Shown here in pieces: positions 59,332 to 64,000 of a stretch of 64,000 nucleotides of DNA (position 1 is the first letter of the stretch; the number at the start of each line of letters is the position of its first letter). This DNA comes from Penicillus capitatus. Taxonomy: Eukaryota > Plantae > Chlorophyta. The translations under genes and the position numbers were made by a program. Where the stretch lies: NCBI GenBank assembly GCA_965649825.1, contig OZ287709.1, forward strand, positions 124,001 through 188,000. Reading direction: 5' to 3'. Under the pieces are notes generated by a model, which saw nothing but the letters and a program-made list of their open reading frames with translations, was not told where the DNA came from and made no database searches.

Positions 59332-61486
59332 GGCTTCGGAAGAAAACGTGACGTGCCTTGTCAGTAACTGTGCATAAATTAAATACTAGGCAGTTGAACG
59401 ATGCACACGAAAAGTAAACGTATCGGGCGTCATTTTGACACGTTTGAATGATGGACAGCTGAAGGGCGCGCTGTTGCTACAGATGAAGCGAAAGTCAACC
59501 GTTACGGAATACGAACGCCGTTCGGACGCCGAGGCCAGACAGCGACGCTGCGGTGCATACATTGTTATGGAGTTGTGCTGTACCAGATGGGGCTGAAACG
59601 TGCCAGCAGTCTACGCGCTTCGCTGTTCGACCTGTGCGTTTCAGTCCAACGCAATGTCGAGACTCCCACAGTCCTTTTTACTCGTTTAAGGTGCTAAACA
59701 TCAAACACAAGATAAGAGACCGTAAGCGGAGTTGTCTGAATGACCCCGCTAACATTAACAGTTTGGCGTAAGGTAACGAGACTGAAGTTGTCTTCGTTTG
59801 CGATTTTTTTTGGGTACTATCCCGTGGCCACTTTCCTATGGCCGTGATGCTAAAGAGACGGCACTTCTTCCGCAATCGCATACTCGACGATTGTTTTCCA
59901 AAGCCGCTGCTGTTTTAGCCGAACTGTCTAACACAAGAAGGCGATCTTCTATAACGTAATGAACAGTTGAGAGACATTTGTTTCGGAGCAAGGGAGTAAT
60001 GGGTGGTTTCCTTCTCACTTCTTATCGGAGACTACGTTGGATCATTCTATTCGTCAAGACATTTATCCGCCATTCTCTACAATCACTAGAAAACTTGTTA
60101 AACAAAAGAAAAACACCGATAATGTTTGTTCTCGTTTGGCTATCTCGATTTCGTTGAGGCCACTAAAATCTAAGTCTTCTCTTTCCTAGGAATGAGATTC
60201 TCTTCTCGCACTTCTGGCTCAGCTAAAGACTGTAATAAAGCAACTAGAGTTTGTCGGATAAAAGCTAAGAAGACGGAAATGCCTTACACGTAAATGGTTT
60301 GTATTTCATCACTCGACACGATTGGCATCATAAAGATCTTCTATTTCTGTTAAAACACCACAGAACTGACACCATACGTAGACTGCTTTGTTTGAAGTTG
60401 CCGAACAAGGAGAACTAGAAAAAGATCGATTCATTTTCCATGAGCGGTGTAGAAATAAAGGTTATCCGACTCTTAACCAGATCTAACGATTCATGCACTT
60501 CATATTGCTTCTAACTTCAGGATGGAAAACGAATACAGCAAGCTAAGATGGAACCAATCCGATATTTTCAGAAGTAAACACGAATGTTGTGTGAAAGCTG
60601 CGAAATCTCTGTATCTAGATTGGACTGCATAATCGCATATTGGCAAAAATTGTTTTGGTAACTTGTAGAAGAACATGTCTACTGCTGCGATAAGTTTTTT
60701 AAAATTTGAATCTTTTAATCATCGAGCACAAATGTTAACTCTAGAGTGATTTACTCGAATTGGAACTTTGTTCGGCTCTCTTTTGAATCGGCTTGCTATT
60801 CTATGTACTATAGCGTTGCAGTAATCATCACTATCCTTCTCTGTCAGCGGAAATCTCTGGCCTCGTAAACACTTGTCTACATTCCTTCATCTAAAGCTAT
60901 TACATCTTGAACCTAAGAGGACTTCGGACAGCATCATCCTGATAAGATGACTAATCATTCAACAAACTCATTGAAGTTGCCACATTTCCGTTACTTCTTA
61001 TCCTCTGACCAAAGAACCCCATTCTTAATCCAGTCGGTATTGCATGGCAATCTGTTTAACCATGAAAGTCAGAACTATAATCAAATCTGATGTCTCTTCG
61101 AATTCCAAACTGCAATACTTCTTATGAAGCCTAGATTAATAAACAGCATTAAAAATCAGTTCTCCCTTTTTTTCTCGGTTCCTTCAGAAGAATAAATCGA
61201 AGTAATGTTGATTCTATACTCCAGCTCTGTAAAGAGTGGACAATATGAAAGAACTGTTCAGCATTTGTGATCTAGATTATACAGACGCGGAACGAACGAA
61301 TGAACACTGTTCTCCCTATCTTCAGTCAGCTGCAAAGCCGAGCAAGCACGATGTGACGCAATGTGACAACAGTAAGATATCGTGGAATTGAATTGTCAAC
61401 AATAGCTCGTGTCGTTTTGATGCGGTGTCTTACCTTCCGAGCTCTCCCTCAGAAACACATCAGCCTTAAGCAGCGAACGCAGCTTC

Positions 61487-63320
61487 ATGCCAGAGAATGG
61501 AGGACACGTTTTCTCAGGCGCTGCACCCGCAGCCGCATACGTCTCTGGCCAGTCAGGTCGCCATCTCACCTCTGTCGCTCCTCTTTCACGGACTTCGTTT
61601 CTCCGCAGAGCAGCTGTCTCGACAGACACAGATCTGTCCACAGAGTTCAGTAGCGATTACTCTGAATTCGTTGTCGATCTCAAGGCTCCTTATGGATTTG
61701 CCTTAGCCCCGGATCTTCTCGGCCAAGTTGCTTTTACTTCAAACCATTCCCTCTGCAATTTCTGTCGCTGTGCAGATCTACGTCGCATCCGTCGTTCCCC
61801 ATAGCTCGGCCGAAAAACAGCAAATTATGGTGCTGAGCCGTTCAATCCACATCCCTCAACACTGACACAGATCAATGGCAAAGGTGGGAGACATCTTCAA
61901 ACAGTGCACCTGTGCTCTCCAGCCTGATAAGGTCTGCGCCTACTCAGATCTGAGAAAGATCCAGTGGTCCATCAACAAAAACAAGGAACAACTACGTCTG
62001 GTTCTGAAACGGCAGCAGACGATGGGACGTATGCGATGGCATCGATGTGGCACATGTGGGTGTGTCTCCCACTCTTCCAGTTGGCTTATCTCGCCTCCGC
62101 ACTTCCCACCGATATCTAGTGGCGAATGGTGCAATAGACGAGAAGGCAAAGTCATCGTCGCCGCTTTTCATAAGGCCATCATCGAAGAGGTGAAATTGCG
62201 TGTCCTTCGCATTGTGCGTGTTTCTATTTGGGGCTTTAGGACGAGCACTGTCCGGATGAGAGTCGTCACGTTGGCAGAATGGCCAAAGCTGTGGATTTGA
62301 GATCGCGACTCCTGGATGCCCTACAGCTTCCCACACTCGTGTTGCCAAAATACTCTCTGGTACATCCATCGAGTGTGGATGAAGAAGATGTGGATGGCTG
62401 CTATGTTGACATGCTAAACGACGAAGCGCTGTCGAGTTTTGAACAGAGCCGAGTGGAAGAACAACTGAACAGCAAAAAAGTGTGACTCGTCCATACGGTT
62501 GCTGCTTATATAGATCATGGAATGTGTGTCTCCAGCTCATACCCATTCTTCCATGGCTTCAGGTGACAACGGGACGATTGGCCCAGCCAGATATTTTGGA
62601 ACTGGCCAGTCAATGTGCCCTGCAGTGTCTCCTGGAGCTACGGCTGCATCTGTGCGACAACGGTGTGGCGTTGGCTGGAGTGCCTTGTCAGAAAAACGAT
62701 CCAATTCTGGGACTGGTCATTTCTGCCGCCACTCTTCATCGACTGGTAATACGCCGAAAGGCGATGATGCGACAGGACATCCATTCCTGCAACGTGCTGC
62801 TTCACTGTGAGGAAGAAATGACAGCCGCCGTCGGGACATTGCTGGCGGCTTATTACTACTGGTTTGGAATGATCGACGTCGACGAGGCCATCAGCCTTGC
62901 CGAGATGGCCCTTACAACCACCATCTCCAAGGTGCAGAATTTTTGGAACAGAGAATGCACGTGTGGGATGGTCTGTGTCTTTAGGATCTGTTGCACGAGG
63001 CGTCTGATTTTCTGTACAGACAAGCGACAGAGAGATCGGAAACGGTTACCGTTTTGTGGCCTTATGGAGGCAACCATGTCCAGGTGGCAGGAGAATTGGT
63101 TGGAGGATGGGATCAGAGAGCGATCTTGCATCAGGCGCCATCGAATTTCTCTCCCTGTTTCAATATCCCTCCAGCTGCGCATTACCTCAGAGTCCGAGGA
63201 CTATCGTCCGGCACCTATCATTACAAATTCATTGTCGACAACCGATGGACGATCGATCGCCGAGCTCCGACAGATGCCGATCGAAGCGGCAACTGGAACA
63301 ATGTCTTGACGGTCAGGTAA
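61487..63320 (+). CDS. LSF1: LIKE SEX4 1 (LSF1)-type glucan-phosphatase homolog: transit peptide, PDZ-like, degenerate DSP, CBM48
   Basis: Spliced model gives FVVDLKAPYGFAL...IYVASVVPHSSAEKQQIM|VGDIFK...LRLVLKR (PDZ-like), LIPILPWLQ...VLLHCEEEMTA...AYYYW (DSP), and VTVLWPYGG..V.VAG...W...GTYHYKFIVDNRW...DADRSGNWNNVLTV (CBM48). The last codons are uncertain. Confidence 0.8.
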
Positions 63321-63529
63321 GCACCACACATTAGGGATGCTCTTTGCAGAGATGTGACAATAGGGAGAGATCTGTGGATCGCAGCCTGTTTCGACAGGAT
63401 CTCTGTCGGTCGTTTGCCGCGTCGATCGCGTTGCGTATCAAACGCACTTCGCGGAATCCGTCGTAGACAACTTACAACTTGCATCTGTCGACTCTTCGGT
63501 TTTGGATCGTTAGGTTCTTTGTGGATCCA

Positions 63530-64000
63530 CTAGGTTTCGTTTTGCTCGTTTTCTGGTGTGTTCAACTTCGGTGCCGCGGTTTTGTGGAGTTCTTTCTCTG
63601 CCACGAACGGGATGTCTGTCACTCTCGTTCCAAATTTAATCAGATCTTCGATCTGCTCAGAAGCGACCCCACTCAATATCTCCGAAACAGAACCGACATA
63701 AACCTCTCTCTCTTCACCTAGTCACATCATATCACACATTACACTTTCTTAAATCACAGCCCAAGGAGTCTGTCCGTCACTTTGGATGGGATGGATCATT
63801 GCGGATGGGTCGTAAAGAGGATCCTGGTCGGGTACGTGTGACGCAGGAAAGGCAGGAGCAGGCCATTCCGTATTCTGCTCAGGCGTTTTGAGGACGGCGA
63901 TGTTCGTTGCCTCGTCAACAGCATAGAGAACAAGTTCAAGATTCTTCGAATCTTCTTGCTGGACCACATAACTGGTGGCACCCTGCAAAGCCATTCGACA
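63530..64000 (-). CDS. Hypothetical protein, 3' part only (runs off the window)
   Basis: ORF 63749-63994 is followed by a probable intron and an open last exon ending TAG at 63530-63532. Confidence 0.5.

Noticed and set aside
56400-61300. TAA/TAG reassigned to Gln, as in some ulvophytes, suggested by stop-riddled frames
   Set aside because: Intact genes terminate at TAG (3388, 13599, 27887, 35081) and TAA (43676), and long ORFs contain no in-frame TAR. TGA also interrupts the decayed frames.

Overview
Eukaryotic nuclear DNA from a very gene-dense genome with short (~30-80 bp) GT-AG introns, read with the standard code (real genes end in TAG, TGA or TAA). The gene set (NRT2, raffinose synthase/SIP, BIO3-BIO1-type, WOX-like homeobox, LSF1-like, RAP/OPR-type, PMP-repeat adhesin-like) suggests a green alga, possibly a siphonous ulvophyte; this is an inference. 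About 25 genes form tightly packed blocks, separated by three accessory islands (~5.1-11.6 kb, ~43.7-49 kb, ~56-61.4 kb). The first two islands carry LTR copies and gene fragments, the second also a pogo-like transposase relic, and all three contain decayed ORFs. Highlights: (1) a complete 4.9-kb Ty3/gypsy element with identical 110-bp LTRs and a CATGG target-site duplication, inserted in an exon of a sugar transporter; (2) an LSF1-architecture (PDZ-like + DSP + CBM48) starch pseudophosphatase with a destroyed CX5R loop; (3) an unannotated two-exon secreted six-Cys knottin-like peptide gene; (4) an NRT2 paralog that has lost three conserved nitrate-binding residues; (5) a WOX-like homeobox just downstream of a solo LTR; (6) a second LTR family present as four diverged copies, two with perfect TSDs; (7) 3'-only relics of NUDC (intron-bearing) and BIO3-BIO1. 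All gene models, alignments and motif comparisons were made by eye and from memory; no searches were run.
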